Assembly: GCA_976551045.1 (NCBI GenBank)
Contig: CDPCPM010000281.1
Coordinates: 9,734,001 to 9,798,000 of the forward strand
DNA length: 64,000 nt
Direction: 5' to 3'
Origin: Glaucostegus cemiculus
Lineage: Eukaryota
This document shows, piece by piece, positions 1 to 14,449 of the stretch. The position numbers were made by a program, and so were the translations under genes. The notes below the pieces were generated by a model. It saw only the letters and a list, made by a program, of their open reading frames with translations. It was not told the origin of the DNA and did no database searches. Position 1 is the first letter of the stretch. Each line of letters opens with the position of its first letter.

Positions 1-106
1 ATATGATTGCTAGAAAAGTTGTGTTCAAGACTTTTGTTACAAGGGCTTTCAGTAAATTATTTTAGAAATTAAATCAGTGGAACCTTTCCATAAATGGCTT
101 TATAAT

Positions 107-415
107 TCATTCAGTTTTTGAGACATGAATGTCATTGGCAAGACTGGCATTTAATTGTCCATCCTTAATTGCCCTTGAACAGTCTAGGCTGTTTCATAGG
201 CCATTGGAGAGTCAATAACGTTGGTAATCTGGAGCCACATGTAGCCATACCCAAGCAGAATGGCCGATTTCATTAGTGAAGCAGACACTCCAGTATTATT
301 AACCTGAAATTAAATTCAGCAGCTTCCATGGTGAGATTTGAACTTGGGTTTCCAGGTTGTTGGTCAGAGCTTCTTGGTTAGTCGTTGGATAATTTAACCA
401 TTGAGCCATCACTAT
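107..415 (-). mobile_element. Old tRNA-derived SINE (MetaSINE-like) with LINE-type tail
   Basis: The reverse strand reads a degenerate tRNA head (gttcaaatctcaccatgg), a ttcactaatg core, and tail aagggcaattaaggatggacaattaaatgccagtcttgcca. Related pieces at about 15390-15585 (-) and 52740-52822 (+). Confidence 0.55.
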
Positions 416-2532
416 ACCCATAAGAGGTGTATTGTAGCATCTTTATTGCTGAATAGCTTAGACCCTCCAACTCAATAAGATCCACTCAGTGCATTTACCA
501 AAAAAAATCTGTTGTGTATTGCTTTTAATATTTAAACAAATTAGACACTCCCCACCCTGCAGGGGGAAAGGAAGTGTATCACATTTGTGTTTTTAATATG
601 GAAATTCTGTATCAGACCTCAACAGACTCAACTTTGAATCTCACAGCTTATAAGATTTGCTGTGATATTTTGATAGATCTCTTTCTTGTTCTGTGTTCTG
701 AGGGCTGAAATGTCACCAGGGAAGAGATGAATATATTTCCCAGTGATGGCATAGTGCATCTCAAAGCTTTCTGGACTGGGAAACACCAATACTTTCAGCA
801 ATGACAAACAAGTGAAGCTCCAAGACTGAGGGAGTCTCCTGCTGTGTGCTTGGCAATTTAGAGATTAACAACAACTCTGTATGCACTGACTGTAACAGTA
901 CAAGGCTTCAAAGCCACAAAAGTAGGAAGCAGTCATTTAGCTGGCAATGAGTGAACTTGAGTATGTTATTTATGACAAACATATTCAAATTATATTTCTG
1001 AAAATCCAGTTTATCATTTGCTGGACAGATAATCAAATATCCCTTTATAAGTCAATGTCAACTTAAATAATATTCAGTTCAGCTAATCCATTAACTTGCT
1101 GCAAATAGTTTATTCTCCTCTGATATTATACATGTGGATTTAGTGACAAATGCAGTGTTTTGGAGAGGTGGGTAAAAAAGCAAGGACAGTCTGACAGTAG
1201 TCGAGTATACTGTATTTTTATATGTAATCCATTGGTCTGCCATGGAAGTGAAATACACAGGATCCAACTGTGTATAAGAATAGAAATATTACTAGAGCTG
1301 AAGGATAATGTAATTTAATTGATGTTGCCTTTGAGTGAGGCTATGGCATTTAAGTTAAGAAGGTCTCTTCTCATTATCTCATTCCACTCTTTGGTCCTTA
1401 TAAGGCAGTCTGTCTGAGATGTTACCTCAGTCTCCACCATAGAAAGGACTTTACTGTAGATACTTCTGAGGTTTCTCACAGAAGTTAATCTAAAGTGAAA
1501 CACTGTGGGATAATCAGTGGTGGTGTATTTTTCTCTGAAGATCTTAATGTTTCCAAAAATAACCGTCTGAGAAATTGTTTTGTTCTCTGTGTTCCCAAGT
1601 GCATTCCCCATCCCAAAACCAACCACTTGCCTCCAAATACCTCCTGCTTGGTAGATGTTTGGCATTGGGTCAGGACCCTTGCTGGAACGTGTGGTGTGAA
1701 TGTCTTGTTGTAGGTGTCTGGGGCTTGTTGTTCTTCCACCTATGTCGGCTCCTTTTTATGATCCTCTACTTAACCTTGGATAAGTCTGAGAGTCCCAGAG
1801 ATCATTGCCCCAGTACACATCTGGTCACCACCAATTCCACTTGTTATCAAGGAGAAGGAGTGACGGATATTGGAGAGTCAGTCAGGGAATGAAATAGATA
1901 AAATACATGAAAGAAGATGGATGTGTTACCAATGGATTACTAGGTTGAAAGGGCGCAAAATATAAAATAATGTGGAGTAGAATTTAGCCACTACGGAAAT
2001 TTTATTAAAATGAACCATGTACAATTCCAAAACTATAACAGTTCACAAAACAGCAGTCGACAGGAAGAACCAGTGATTTTGGGCTTCAGAGACTGTGGGC
2101 TCAAGTTTAATTCCGAAACAAAATGCCTTGAGTCGTTGTCTGGAAAGTATTGGCCACCCCACTGGCTGTAACTGCTCATCAGCTGCTTTCCAGACTGAAA
2201 GGTGAGGTGATGGCAGAAAATCACAGGACTGGGAAACCTAATGTTTTGTTGTAGTTCCCAGAAGATTATTTCTGCTTCTCTGAATCTTCAAGCAATCCTG
2301 AGGATTAAAGAACCAATTGTGTTGCCAATGCCTCTTCTAGTTTTAGTTCCAATCACTGCTTCCCTTTTAGGCTAAGAGAGCACATTGGGCTCATTGATGT
2401 CAGCAGAGGCCAATCTGCCTCTCTGGCCAAGTCTAGAAACAAAGACAGTGGTGAAAGGTGAGGAGAGCTTTCACCTTTTGGCAGCAGTTCTTCCTGTGGT
2501 GAATGGCAGTGAGCGGTGGGCTCCCACCGAAG

Positions 2533-2586
2533 AATGGGACTGAAGTCACTGAAGAATGGAATGGGACTGAAGTCACTGAAGAATGG
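2533..2586. repeat. Perfect 27-bp tandem duplication
   Basis: aatgggactgaagtcactgaagaatgg occurs twice in tandem. Confidence 0.9.
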
Positions 2587-3074
2587 GAATCTTTTGACTA
2601 TGTTTCATACAAAAATATTGCAGCTTTTCTCTGAGAGAAGGCCTTTAGGGAACACCTGCTCTCTTGATGAAAGAGTCGGGAGTATTTTTGGCTGATCAAC
2701 AGCGGCATATTGAAAGCTGAGTAATTCATTCTTGCAGAATGTCTCTCATTACCAGAGTCTTTATTTACTAATCTGCTTTACTACCTTCGAATCTTGCCAA
2801 GTTGAAAGCTAGTGCATATAGAGAGCCTTTGAATACTGCTGGTGTGTACTGCAAGTCTGTGAAGCAGCTTTTGGTAAGAGTCTACAACCTTGTTGCTAAC
2901 TTCTGCAATTCCTGTAAATACCCCTGTTTTACTTTTCTCTGGCTGTCTTCAAGTTTGTCAATTCCCCATGCACGCAACTTCCTTCACAGATCTTTTTCTC
3001 ACTACAATTGGTCTGCACTCTCAAGCCGATTTCACAGTCACTCAGTAAATTACCTTCCAAGGTCTGAGCAGCAG

Positions 3075-3405
3075 ATTGGCACAGCTGTTAGACTGCTGCT
3101 TCACTATCCCAGTGAATCAGGTTCGAGCCTGACCTCTGGGTGTTGTCTGTGTGGAAGTTGCATGTTCTCCATGTGACTGGGTGGGTTTCCTCCAGGCGCT
3201 CTGGTTTCCTGCTGCGTCCCAAACACATGCAGGCTGGTTGGTTAATTGGCCAGTATAAATTGCCTCTGCTGTAGAAGTGAGTGGTAAAATCTGGAGGGTG
3301 GCGATGAGAATGCGGGCAGAATAGGTTACAGGGAAAATTAATGAAGAATGGAATTGCTCTGTGAGCCGGCATTGACTCGATGGGCTGAAATGCCCCAATG
3401 TGTCG
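3075..3405 (+). mobile_element. V-SINE (HE1-like), older subfamily
   Basis: B-box-like ggttcgagcc, V core gtctgtgtggaagttgcatgttctcc...gggtttcctccaggcgctctggtttcct, CR1-like tail tgggctgaaatg. Confidence 0.8.
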
Positions 3406-4067
3406 TCAAGAAATACGGTATGTGGAGCATTGTGTTTAATTCTTTTCTAGTTCACAATAAATGTTTGTGCTTTCTCTTTGGGGTACTTTGGAATCTTTAC
3501 TGTTACTTCGGTGAAAAGATTTCCTTTTCAGAGTGGGCAATATTTGAGCAAAACCTGTCTCGACCCTCATAAACCTGAGGCAGGGATTTTGTTGAGGTTA
3601 CACACAGCTTGATTTAGTTAATAGCACAGTGCTGAACGACTGAGTCTTGAAAAGCAAAGGAAAACTGTTACATGTCCTTGACACTTGTGTTCTTTGCATT
3701 TGAGTGAGACGAAGTGTGGCTGTATAAAGCAATGTTTTCTCAGCATTTCAGTGCAAGCAGGAGGAAGTTGCCGGTCACGTACTCTGCACATGTCTAATTG
3801 GCCACAAGTGTGATCTGATGGCAGGAGGGCAAGATTGGCTCTCCATTGGCTCACGCAATTGGATACTAATTGCAGCACCTGTCAGCATCAAAATGTTCAA
3901 GAAATCTCTTCTTTTAAATTTGAATATGTAGCTGCTGACATCCCAAACCTCATTATATAGGTATTCATCATTTTGTGAAAGGGATGTGATGCTGGAAAAT
4001 GTTTTGTCAAGCGAAATGTTCTAAATTGAAAAGTTTGGTTGGGGTGGGGGGAAGGCATCATTGGTAT

Positions 4068-4356
4068 CGTCAGAGTCTATTTCCCAGGGTGGAAATGTCA
4101 GTTACTAGAGGGCATAGATTTAAGGTGAGTTTAACGGAGATTTGTGAGCCAAGTTTCTTTTACGCTGAGTGTGGTCAGTGCCTGGAGCATGTTGCCAGGA
4201 GAGATGTTGGGAACAGATACAATAGCAACATTTAAGAGGCATTTAGACAGGCACATGAGTAGGCAGAGGATAGAGACCACAGGCAGGGACTAGGTTAAAT
4301 TGGTATCATGGTCAGCATAGACATCATGGGCTGAAGGGCCTGTTTCTGCACTGTAC
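4068..4356 (+). mobile_element. CR1 LINE 3' fragment
   Basis: Translates LFPRVEMSVTRGHRFKV. Tail gggctgaagggcctgtttctgcactgtac resembles 56590-56890. Confidence 0.8.
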
Positions 4357-6097
4357 CATATAGTATGGCACAGTGTATTCCTATGTTCCATGTATTATGG
4401 CACAGTATAATTCCTCTGGGTGGATAGTAACACATTATTAATTATAATAAAACATAGATTTATAAATCAGAATCACATACCCCAAAGAGTCAATGAGCTT
4501 ATTAGCAAGAACTTGTAAATCAAATATTTGTAAATTGAGGAAGACATGTCTCCTGCTGTTAATTTTTGAGCTTGCTTCTTTTCAAGTGTATGTTGCTGCC
4601 TTGCATTTATGTTGGTAAATTGAGGAGACCAGATCATTTTTCGGACATGGGATTGGCAGAATGTCGAGGGGAATGTCAAGAGTCTGTCCCTGTAGTTTGT
4701 GTTGCCATTTGGGACAGATTTGGAAGCCAATGATGGAGTTATCAATGTGGGAATGAAAGGCAAACTTACACTGGCAAACCACCAGGAGGACAGGGTTGGA
4801 AGGGTTTTGGGGATGGGAAAAAGTGTTATTAGTGGCCTCTGATTATAGCTCAGAGAAAAATAAGAGATGATCTCAGTAACTCTGTCACTCATGGTTCAGC
4901 AATCGGAATGGATAGTATGGAGGCCAGAAGTGGAAGCTTTAAGAGAAGTGATGGCTCTTGTAAGGTGAATATCTTAGTAATGGAGTTTTTGTTAGAACTT
5001 GCCTTTAGTTATATTTGGGAATTACAGGGAAACCATCATCGATAAAGTATTCCAGTGAACAATGAATGCTTTTCTTGAAGTTGGTTTTAGAGATCTTTCA
5101 TAAATGGATGCATTCTTGTGTTTTTTGACAGGATGCCAGATTTAAAGTGGAATTTCTATCGGTCCAGCCATGCAGTGCTGTGTGTATTGGGTTGATTTTA
5201 AATTCGATTGACTTCAGCAATGAGTTTTCTGAGATTCAAGTCTGATTTTAATAGATTAGGGAGACACAAAAGAGTAAAATTATAATGTGGTCAGAGCAGT
5301 TATTGAAAACAAATACATATTGTTCTGGCAGAATTCTTAAGGGTGAGGTGTTGAAAAGCAGGAGAGAATGGAGTGCCTGAGACTGCAGCTGGAAGAGAGC
5401 CAACCTCATTGCCACAAGAGATTGCCTGTTTAAAGTGTTTTATTATATGTATGTGAACACTAGCTCTGTGATGTCTGGAAGGAATATTTTCATTTGGGTG
5501 AAATATTAGTGGTATTTTCAATCAAATGAAAATATTAGTTCACGTTCTGGCCATGTGTGGCAGAGAATGTACTACAAACAACTGGTATTAGACTCTCCCC
5601 AAGATAATGTATATTATGCTTTAGACTTACTGTCCTTCCATAAAATTGCAAAAATATTTTTGCTTCTTGATTATAGCCACAATAAAGTTATGGAGGTAAC
5701 CAGTCCAGATCCTTTTTTTATGTTTGCTTTCTTTCTAAGCTCACATCTCTGCCTGACCTGTGCTATTAAGATCAATTTCTTTGGGGTAAAGTAGGTCCTG
5801 CTTTCCCATAGACATACACAGCTTGTTCAACTGGTTAATATGTGTCAATAGAGAGTTAAGATTACAACTGGACAGCATGGAATCCTTTCAAGCAATATTA
5901 CTTTGAATGTGATTGAAGCTCTGTACACCATGAGTGCTGTGTTTATCCTTTGTGATCTGCTGCCCAGTACTTACATGTAGCAATAACAACCCAATCTATT
6001 TTAACACACATTTCAAAAGAGCATGTCTAGCATCACTGCTTTGATTTACCCGATTGAAGAAAGCAGATAAAACAATTGATAGAAAAACAAACTACTT

Positions 6098-6196
6098 TGG
6101 ATGTTGGAAATATGAAATAAGAACAGAAAGTGCTGGAGACCCGCAGCAGGTCAGGCAACATCTGTGGAGAGTGAAATAAGAGTAAATGTTTCAGGG
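6098..6196 (-). mobile_element. Penelope-like element terminal fragment
   Basis: gtgctggagacccgcagcaggtcaggcaacatctgtggagag, the same motif family as 25860, 26880, 44660 and 61345. Confidence 0.6.
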
Positions 6197-7699
6197 AACA
6201 TAATCAGAAAATAAGTGTTCTCCCTTCTAAAGTGAAAGGCAGAAGGAATACCTGCCGTTACAAGGTATTGGAAAGGCTGATTAGGTTAAATTTTCCATCT
6301 ATTAAAACATCTCCTTGCAGCGTGCATATAAAAAGTTGAACCATTGGTGGAGACCAGATGTGCTCACATCAGGAGATCGGAGACATTTGTATTTTAATGC
6401 ATCTTATAAATACCTTGATCAAAATATTAAAACTGCATCCACTTTTTCTCACCGTTAGCTCAATGAATTCAGGATTACTTTCTGTAAAATATAAATTTTG
6501 TTTGCTTGGAACTTCTAGTTTATAGTCCTTTTTATTTTAACAGTTGAGATATGAATTTTAAATTCCCTTGTGAGAAAAGCCTGGTAAATCATTTGAGAAG
6601 ATAGAATCTGTTGCACTTCATGTTATTTTTCCATCAATGTGAAGTATAATTTCACTGCCAAACAATCTGAACTTTAAATTGAGGGTCGTTTCTGAGCTAA
6701 CGAGTATGTGCAGTTGAGAAAGATTGTTCACGCTGTACTTGCCATACTCCTTCGGATGTCATTATAGCACTTGATCTGAAGCTCTCAGCATTTACAGTAA
6801 GTGGGACCTTCAAAACTTAATACACGTGAACAAAGTGATTATTTGAGTGCTGTTTTGTTTTGCGCTGATTACTATTTGCTCTAGGTCTAAACCCTCTGAT
6901 CAACGTGTCAATGTTGTCACAATATTGTTTTTTAATCAAAATCAGATTTTCACTAAGTGTTGCAATTTTATGACTGATACTGACAGTGAAACAGAGAGAC
7001 CGCCACAATGCTAAGTTTGATCTGGAGTGTTTCCCGTAAGTGCAGATTTGTCAGTCCAAATGTGATACTACAAAACCTTATGACATCTGATTTATATTAT
7101 TAACTTTAAAAGCTTTTTCAGTTGTCGTTTCAAGAGACCCCAGAGAACCATAACTGTGAGTTAGCACATGATTTTATCTGTTATTTGCCTTTCATGCACT
7201 CATTCTAAAATTCTGGTACACAGCCTTTAAGAAAATAAGATCACAAACGCAAATACATGGCGGAGCTGATTCTAATGGTAAGATTGTGTCTCATACTGAC
7301 CGAAAGTTTGCAGCTTTGTGGCCATCCTACTTCTCTCCTACTGTCTTTGGGAATAATATCCAAAGGTTTAATCCCGTTTAAAGAAAAAATAAGAGGCGTG
7401 CTTCCCATATTTTATTTACAGTAAAATTTAATGATGGATTGCATAGAACCTTGGATGTTTGGAGAACCCCAGAAGGCTTTGAGGCCTTTAGGTCTGTACC
7501 AGTCCCTTGCTGGATCAAAACAGAGCCAACTCTGCTGTCAAGCTTTCTCCTAGTAAACCTGACTAAATTATAATTCAAATAATTTATCTAAATTTCCTCA
7601 AAAGTTTCCTCAGCCAATATTGTCCCTGCTCCAAAAATTACTGGATTAACTTGCTGACAACCATTTTATTAGTGGCACTTACACTTAAAAAAAATACCA

Positions 7700-8690
7700 A
7701 CAGGGATTCACAGAGAATTAATTGTGCAAAAGTGGATATAGGTCGCAAGTATCAGAAGGGAGGCTAAGGGCATTGTCAAAGCATTTGAGGAAAGTAGTCA
7801 GAGAGCATAAGGAATATAGGGAAGAAGTTCCTGAATGTTGAGCCTAAAATGCCGATGGCATGCCTCGTGAAAAGAAGGGCAGATGTACAAGAGTCCAGAG
7901 CTGGGAGAATATTATTCAGAGTGGGGAGTTTGCACAACTGGAAAAGTTATTACAGAAATTAGAGGAGTGGGTCTTTATGGAATTTCAAAACAACAAGACT
8001 TTAACTTGGAAGTATTGTGAGGTGAAGAGTCAATGGAAGCTTGCGGGGAGAGAAAAGATTGGTTTGCTATTAATTAGGGCATGAGTGGCAAAGTAAGGGA
8101 GGTCAGTCAGAAGAGTATTGTAATAGGGGAGAGGCTGCAGATGAATGTGAGACGTGCAGTGTGTGATATTATCAAGGTGGTTGTATGCCATTGTTATGAT
8201 GGTGAAAGTAAGGGTTGGTAGCCTAGTTTGAACTTAAGTAGGACCCTTGGTGGCAAACAGGCTGATTTTAGCCTGAAACAATGATTGGACAGAGGAACAA
8301 CTTTGGTGGCAGATGTATGTGTGGACTCTGGTAATGGCTTTGGTCTTTCTGTTGTTTAACTGAAAGGAATGGGGAACACATTTTACTGTAGATGTATTGG
8401 CTGTGACTTGGTATGTAGATTACACCTTAGCGATGGAAGTCCCCTGGACTTGGAGAACAGATGAGGTGCAGTGGAGGAGAATGACAATTGTGTCAAAGGT
8501 TGCTGAGAGTTCAAGGTGGAATAATGGATCACTGGTAACAAAAAAAAAGTTTCTACCTCTCTTCAGGGCCATTTTGGTGGTGGGGGATGAAGGAGACTCA
8601 ATTGATACGGGAAATATTGATTTGAAGAGGATGCAGGGACAGTTAAATCTTGGAGGTTGGCAGGGACAGAGGGGTTGAGAATAGATTTAT
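7700..8690 (-). mobile_element. Highly degraded L2-like LINE
   Basis: Purine-rich + strand. The reverse complement of about 8160-8205 resembles the L2 ORF2 motif ITKTAYFHLRNIA. Confidence 0.45.
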
Positions 8691-10049
8691 CCAAGAAGTA
8701 TGACCAATGTTACACCATAAATGAACAAGTGTGAAGAAAGGATACGTGTAAAGTTTACAACGATAAAAGTTTGGTGTAAATTACATTAATTTTACTTTTA
8801 AGTTGAGATTATTTTTGCACGAAGGTGTAAAATGATGTGCCAGGAGGGAAGTGCTGCTCCACATTAATACAACTGCTGCACATTTGCTTATGGCCTGAAC
8901 TTTCTCATCCTCGTGTGTACTTGCACAAAAGGGAGAAAGACCTCGGCTTGATTGTATTGCACAAAAAAAGGAAGTATTGGTTGTTGCTTTTGTTTGAATA
9001 CTGACTAAAAATATATGAGGTATCAGAATGGAATAGGAACACGATGTGGAAAAAAATATCTGCTATTCCTTCATAAATAATGGAAGCCTGCAGAGCTGCA
9101 CAGAAATGATAGTGGAAGTGAGACAGATTATGGTGGATGTGGTTAGGCCAGGGAGTCAAAAGTCTATTTATCTTGCCAGGTTATTATGCTGATAGTTTTC
9201 CTTGAAAAGAATATGGACTCATTTGAGCCAAAAGTGGCTTGATATGAATTAATGATGGATGAGAGAATTGCCAGGTTTAGAAATATTGATCGATCACAAG
9301 AAGCCAATGCTCCATTGTGGAATCACAGCCATATTTTTCTCCCTTTCTCTGGCCCCTTTCTATATAAGAAGTGTAACCTGCTGATATTAAAAGAAATGTC
9401 ACAAAAGCTGGCATACATCTATTTTATGCCTTATCAATCTCAGAAATGTCTCAAACGACTTCATCTGCATTGGATGGCAATGGCTTTCACTATGCCAGTA
9501 AATTCTATTGTGAATAATACAGAGAAATTATACATTCTATCATAGACCCATTCACAGGTTGAAGTGAACTATGCCTTTGAGATATTTGAGTCAGATCTCT
9601 TCTAATGTAAATTACTGTCTGACCAAGCTTTGATGTCGATTATATTATAAAATCCGTGGCGTGATTTTCTCATAAGCATTTACTAACAACGTTCCTTGAT
9701 GTACCTATGATGTAGTTTATAGCGATCAGCAAATTTACGATTACTAACACTGAACCAGGACCAGATCATATATTGAATATAAAAGGTAACAGGAGATGTT
9801 CAGTTGCTTTGTTTGTATGTGAAGTGTCTGGTTTGATTGTGAATGTCACTAATTGAGTGGAGTAAGAATTGATAAAATTCAAGCTTAGTGAATGAAAATC
9901 AATTTGTATTCCCAGCAGGTGTCCTTATTAAGTTCAGTCTATAAGATGAATGGGCTTGGACATGAGATTATCGTCAGACTGGGCTCAGTTTTGAAATCAA
10001 GGAGAGAGGAGTAACTCACTGAGTAACACATTTAGTGTGTGCCTGAGGT

Positions 10050-10382
10050 TCAGTGGGAGAATTCTCATAGCTGGAACCAAAAAGTTGTAGTTCCAATCTC
10101 CATTCAAGAAAGCCTTGGCTAACACTTCAATGCAGCATTGAGGAGGGCTACAAGGAGGGATATGCTGCTAATTTGTCTGAGGGGCCTTAATGTGATACTT
10201 GCTACCTGAGCTGGATGTACAAATCCTGTTCCGCTACTTTGAAGGAAAGCAGCAGAGTTATCCTCAGTGCCCTGACTAGTATCTGTCTCTCAGTGAACAT
10301 TTCTGGTTAAACATCACGTTGGCATTTGTGTATTCAATATTTTTAAAGCAATTAGGAACATTGACGGTACTATATAAATGTG
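10050..10382 (+). mobile_element. Old Deu-SINE-like element (SacSINE1-like)
   Basis: ggatgtacaaatcctgttccgctactttgaag...agagttatcctcagtgccctgactagtat core and ctatataaatg tail. Related to 18630-19290 and 53945-54280. Confidence 0.55.
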
Positions 10383-10964
10383 TGTATTACCTTACCTCAT
10401 GCTGTTCTGATTTATGGTCAGTTGTGTTAGTTTATGCCAGCAAGGTCCCACAAATGTTAATGAGTTAGATGAACAGTTAATCTGTTATGGGCATTGCTGA
10501 TTGAAGAAGGAATGTTGGCCATTCAAGGGTCAGCCATGATTATGAGCTAAAGTACTGTGGCTGAATCCAAAATATTCTGTTTTAGCTGTGACTGACTTCT
10601 CAGCCAATCAGACACATCAATACAGTTTGGAAAATAATTGCTGTCTGGTATTACATTGTAAAAAGGCCACTTCACTGAGATTCTACAGAGTGCTGACATT
10701 TACAACCATCATAACCCAATGTATGTCAGTATTTGTACTGCAATGAATGAAAAAATAGAAAGGGAAATATGGCTGCGGAGTTGAATTGGTTGATATTCTT
10801 ACAGTATTTCTGAGGTTTGTAAATTTGTGAGATTTTCCTGCATGGGTATAGTGATCATTGCAGCCATTACATTGAATTAATACCTGGTGTAGTAAGCCTT
10901 TTCTGGTAAATTAATTGAAAAAGTAAATCCCTTGTGAAGTATTATTGACCTTATTGATATTGAA

Positions 10965-11330
10965 GAGGTGATCTTATTGAAATGTGTAGGATTCCTACAG
11001 GGCATGATAGGGTAGATGTTGAGGTGTTTCCACTGATGGGAGAATCTTGAATGAGGGAGGCATAAGTACACGATTAGAGGGTGGTCTATACTACCAAAGT
11101 TTGGAAAGCAACTTTGGTGCTTTCCAAAGCACCAAAGTTGAGGTGCTTTGGAACTTCTCACAGAGGGTGGTGAATCTGTGGAATTTTCTAGTCCAGAAGA
11201 TTACGGACACCAGATTACTGGGAGTATTCAAAAAGGAAAGAGGTACATTTTTGAGAAATCAGGGAGTTGAGGGCTATGTGGATCTGGCATAGAAGAGATG
11301 AAATCTGGGACAGGGCAGCCATGATCCTGT
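10965..11330 (+). mobile_element. CR1 LINE 3' fragment
   Basis: Translates NFSQRVVNLWNFLVQK...LGVFKKE. Ends near cagccatgatc. Confidence 0.7.
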
Positions 11331-14300
11331 CATGTATTCAGTATCAGTCTCCTTGGGATGTCCCGATCTACCTCTTGTGCCAAAACCAACTTCCTGGCAA
11401 CTGGCTAATGCTCTTCACAGCAGGACACATCAAAAGCCTAACCTTAACCTCAGCTTCAACCTTGCAGTGCACATGCTCCCTATTTGCAGCTATTAACACC
11501 CCAAACACTGGTCTCGTTCTTACAGGTAGACGCTCAATAAAAATGATTTACTTCCATCATACACACAAAGGTAGAGGTTGCAGAACAAGAACATGCTCAG
11601 TTGGCATGTTCCCGGCAGGGCAGGCCTGAGGGGCTGAGTCACCTACTCCTGCTTCTATTTTCTTATGTTCCATGTCATTATGTTCTGTGGCCCATGGCCA
11701 GACAGTGTTGGCTCTTTCATATGACCCAATTGAAGGAAGTATGGCAGATTTGGTCTCTTTGATTGGTGGTGTGGTTTGAATCACATTGATGTTGCATTCA
11801 TTGGGAGCTTAGTTTATTTTTTTGGCTAAATTTTGTCTTGACAGATGCAAATCTAAATATAGAAGAGGCAAAAGTAAAACTAGCTGCCAACTGAGCATGT
11901 TCTCATTCTGAAACACACATTAGTAAACCCAAGAGAGGGTGGCGTTACCCCAGGTTAAGAATCTGCAAAGGATTGTTGATGTCTGAGCTTCTTCCTGAAA
12001 TGGCAGTTGATGCTGGTTCATTTGTTAATTTTATCTGAGATTCATAGATTTTCATTAATTAGAAAGACATTTATTAATCAAAGACATTGAAGGATCTGGA
12101 ATATTGTACAGCAAGTTAGGTCAAAATTTCATTGAAAGACACAGATTAAATTCTGTTAAAAGGCAACTGGTGTTTCCATGTTCCCAACTTCCTGCAGGGG
12201 GACTCTCAGAGTCTGGCTGAGGATCCAAAATGGCTTTGTTCACCTCTCCAATCTACTTGTTTACCTACAATGTGACAAATGGCACATGCTTCCGTGGAGC
12301 ACTGAAATGAAGGAAAAGACATAGTTGATAAATATACTGATTGTGATTCATACAAGGCTGCTCCAGTTCTGAGTCCTCTACCACCAGAGAGCAGGAAACA
12401 ACTCCCTTGAAGTTGTATTTTACCTAACTGCCAATGAAGAATTCTGAAACTAAGAAAATGATTGATCGGTGGGAAATCTAATACCTAGTTACATTCCTAC
12501 AATGGCCAATCCTCAAACAAAAGCAAGAACATGGACTGCAAGCAGGAATATCCTGGGAATGCCCAATGGCGTTTTAAAAAAATACCGGTTAACCTTTGCA
12601 AATGTAGCCCTTTGTTGGGATGGAAAGCTGGAAAGTAAGATTAAAGGACCAAGAGGACAAATGTGTACAAATCACAAAGGGGATGTTACTGGGTTGGATG
12701 ATCTGCTAAGCATCTAATAGCAAAGTAATACACCAGTAGTGATTTAAAACAAATCAGCTCACTCTGGTAATTGCAAAGGTATTAACATGACAGGAACAAT
12801 ATATGCAGAAAGGTGATGGATGACATTGAGGGTGAAATTGCAGAAGGCATATCAAGAAATCTTAAAATATGAGAAGCACAGCTCGTCTTCCAGTCTCGCA
12901 ATTGGAGAAGGAAAACTCGGCCTGTATCCAGACTTTGCCCTCACCTCCACTCACAGAACTCCAGACTGATTGAAAATAACATTGGAAAATTCTCCCTTCT
13001 ATCCTCCGCCCCCCACCCCAAAGATGGACACATCCCACCCCCCCGGCAACACCTTTTATAAAGGAAATGGAAGATGTGGGTCTGAAGGTGTTAGGAATGC
13101 AGGAGTGCCTCGGAGAAAGTCAGCAGTGCATAGAGAAATTCAAAGAGAGGTTGGAATTGGAATGAGGAGTGCACGTTGAAAGGGTGAGCCGCAGAGACAG
13201 AACCATGTTCAACAGGGTTCTTAATTCAGCATTTAGTAATTTTTTTGAAGGAACCAACATGGATCAAGATCGACAATGGTGAAAGTGTGAACACTAATTA
13301 AATCATCACTGCGCTGATTGTTCATACACTTCTTGACCCTGTTCTGTTCACTGACGTGGCTGCTTTGAAGCCCAGATTAGCGGTGAATATTCAGGAAACC
13401 AGTTTACCCACCTATTCCAAAGCTGATTTATTTGGTACTTGCCTTTCAGAATGTGTTGGCTGTGATAGAATGTTGTTCCTGGAACCTTGACTGAAGCACT
13501 TCTCACTAAACACCAGAGGTGGAGTCATGATTAATCATTGCTGGAGAAATCATCGCTCCTTGATTTATCACAGTTTAGTTGTAACTTAAAATCCTACACT
13601 GTTTCCAATATTTATCACATCTTTATTTCATTTTGATGGTAGCTGGCAGCTCCCTGAGCATTAGTAGCCAGAAAAAACAAAATTCTTGCAGCAAACACAG
13701 TTTCAGCACCCTAAGGAATATATTAATGAATGTTCTAATGCATGGGGTTAGCTGTACAGTTCATTGATTTACTACTGTCCTCTCAGAAGCTCAAGTCCTT
13801 GTATACTGAAGCCAAACACTTGGGACTACCTTTTTGTTAAAAAAAAGGGTTTGCTGACACTTGTCTCTTTGTATTTCTTGATATGAGTCATTTGGCGCTG
13901 CATTTGGGAGCTGGCTGACCTAGGTGGTGAATAATGCCATGCCTGTACCGATTACATCATATGGTCGGCTAAGGTAGGACTTGCATGGTGCAGGGAGGAC
14001 AGGTTCACTTGATACTGTATCAGGTGAGTCAATGGTTATCCTTGTCCCTCCACGCTGACAGATCACTTGCTCCTGGTAGGGTGAGGAAGGCTCTGTAGTC
14101 ACAAGGGTTTAAAGAGGCAACCTCTATTATTGAGTCATCAGGGGTCTAGTGAAGATGCACCTTTACTTTGTACAAGATACAGTCAAGACAATCTGTGGGC
14201 TTTGTTACCAGTTAGCCATCTAAAAACTGGTCCTGTTTAACACTTCTATTAGAGTCCAAAAAATATAGTGCAATAAAATCCAGACAGAACCAAATCACGG

Positions 14301-14449
14301 CTGTTCTCTTCTTGTTAATATGGTGTAATCTCCAGTGGGATTTCTGGTGCTTTTCTGACTTAAGCACATGAAGGACTAAATGTGCCACCATATGGGAAGA
14401 AAGAAATGGCTCATCCCTTGGTTTATAATTGAAGAGAGAGGCTACTCTC

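Noticed and set aside
2533-2586. Short direct repeats as a CRISPR-like array
   Set aside because: Two adjacent copies with no spacers in a vertebrate intron; a simple slippage duplication.
4908-4970. Possible alternative first coding exon (MDSMEARSGSFKRSDGS) with nearby gtaagg and gtgaat donors
   Set aside because: No recognisable homology and mediocre donors; indistinguishable from chance.
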